Shown: positions 62,851 to 64,000 of the stretch, in pieces
Numbering within the stretch: the first letter of the stretch is position 1
Layout of the letters: each line of letters begins with the position of its first letter
The notes under the pieces: model-generated
Databases searched by the model: none
Told to the model about the DNA's origin: nothing
Seen by the model: only the letters and a program-made list of their open reading frames with translations
Program-made: the position numbers and the translations under genes
DNA from: Gekko japonicus
Lineage: Eukaryota
Direction of reading: 5' to 3'
Assembly (NCBI RefSeq): GCF_001447785.1
Contig: NW_015162030.1
Coordinates: forward strand, 127,895 to 191,894
Length of the DNA: 64,000 nucleotides

Positions 62851-64000
62851 TAAATTTTTTACTGTCAGCCTCCACGAGCGGTTTTAAAGGAAAACCGCAG
62901 GACAGATGCATGGGCATAGTTTAGACACGGGCACACGCTTATGCGTTGACTACTTATTGTTGATTTGTAACATTCCTGGCCTCTTTTATACTGTTCTTTA
63001 TAAAATCAGATGACGTTTTAGCCTCTGCTGCTGCCTAAATTTGTTCCATCTGTTTATGTTTTACCTTTGCTATTTTGCTGATCTGTTTTCATGACCTGTA
63101 GCATTTCAGCAGAGAGAACTCGCACACTTTCCAATGAGAAAACACCTCTCACCTGTCCACGCCCTGACTCTACACACCTCCAGACGTCTGCCCTGGGACC
63201 AGGGAGCCACTTACACACCTCGGCCCTTCACAGCCAATCCCTCACAACGTGGCACTGCCCCCAAGAACAGGGTCAGGGAATCTCTGAGCACAGCTGGACA
63301 GCCGGAGGGAGACCATGACCTGAAGGGCCTGTCCCATCCCCAGACGGGAGTCCAGGAGAGGTCTGTGGAGGGAGGGGGGACTCACCCACACCCCACGGGA
63401 TGGACACCCAAAGCTCCCTTAGAGTGAACCAGACCATGTGGGTCTATCAGCATCAGTCTTGTCTGCTCCGACGGGCAGCCGCTCTCCAGGGTGTCCCCTC
63501 AGGCCGAAGCCTTTCCCATCGCCCGCTGCCTGGTCCTTATACCTGGAGATGCTGCCGGGGATTCTGCAGGCCAAGCAGGGACAGCATAAGACACAAAGAA
63601 GCAGCTGCCTCCTACTGAACCAGACCGTGTGGGTCTCTCCGCCTCAGTCTTGTCTGCTCAGAGGGGCAGCCGCTCTCCAGGGTCCCCAGGCAGGGAAGGG
63701 GTCTTTCACGTCACCTCCTTCTGGATCCCTTTGAACTGGGGATTCTGGGGATGGAACCTGGGACCTTCCCCATGTCCGGCAGGTGCTCTGCCACTGAGCC
63801 ATGGCCCCTCCCCAAGTAGCAGAATTAGCTCACAGGCACAAAAGAGGGAAAGGGTGGGGAGCAGTGTTCTCTCTAAGCTGAGTCAGTGTGAGCCAGTTCA
63901 TAGTTTTTAGCCTCTAGCTCACACATTTTTGTCTTAGCTCAAGAAGGATGGGGCTCCAGAGCCAACTAATTGATGCCGTAGCCAGCTCACTCGCTCACCA

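Overview
GC-rich, repeat-dense vertebrate genomic DNA from a draft assembly with 8 N-gaps. It is almost certainly a squamate and probably a gecko, judging by Squam3-, Squam2- and Sauria-like SINEs. The window holds two convergent (tail-to-tail) genes. RUSC2 (Iporin; RUN + SH3 domains) is on the minus strand with 11 coding exons from 52871 down to 28707. FAM166B/CIMIP2B (ciliary microtubule inner protein) is on the plus strand, with coding exons 2-6 at 21185-26191; its first coding exon was not found. All splice phases chain correctly except one RUSC2 RUN-domain exon (starting 37024), which breaks off mid-exon with its 3' half absent. The two genes appear to share a ~40-bp AT-rich bidirectional poly(A) island at ~27555-27595, implying overlapping 3' ends. 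The rest is a mosaic of SINEs, CR1/L1/L2/RTE-X remnants, hAT MITEs with 8-bp TSDs (some self-nested), two solo LTRs, a Helitron-like element, Penelope-like palindromes with hammerhead-like cores, and several tandem or inverted duplications, some probably assembly artefacts. Gene and repeat family names come from recalled sequences, not database searches. I see no convincing evidence of a wholly new biological system.
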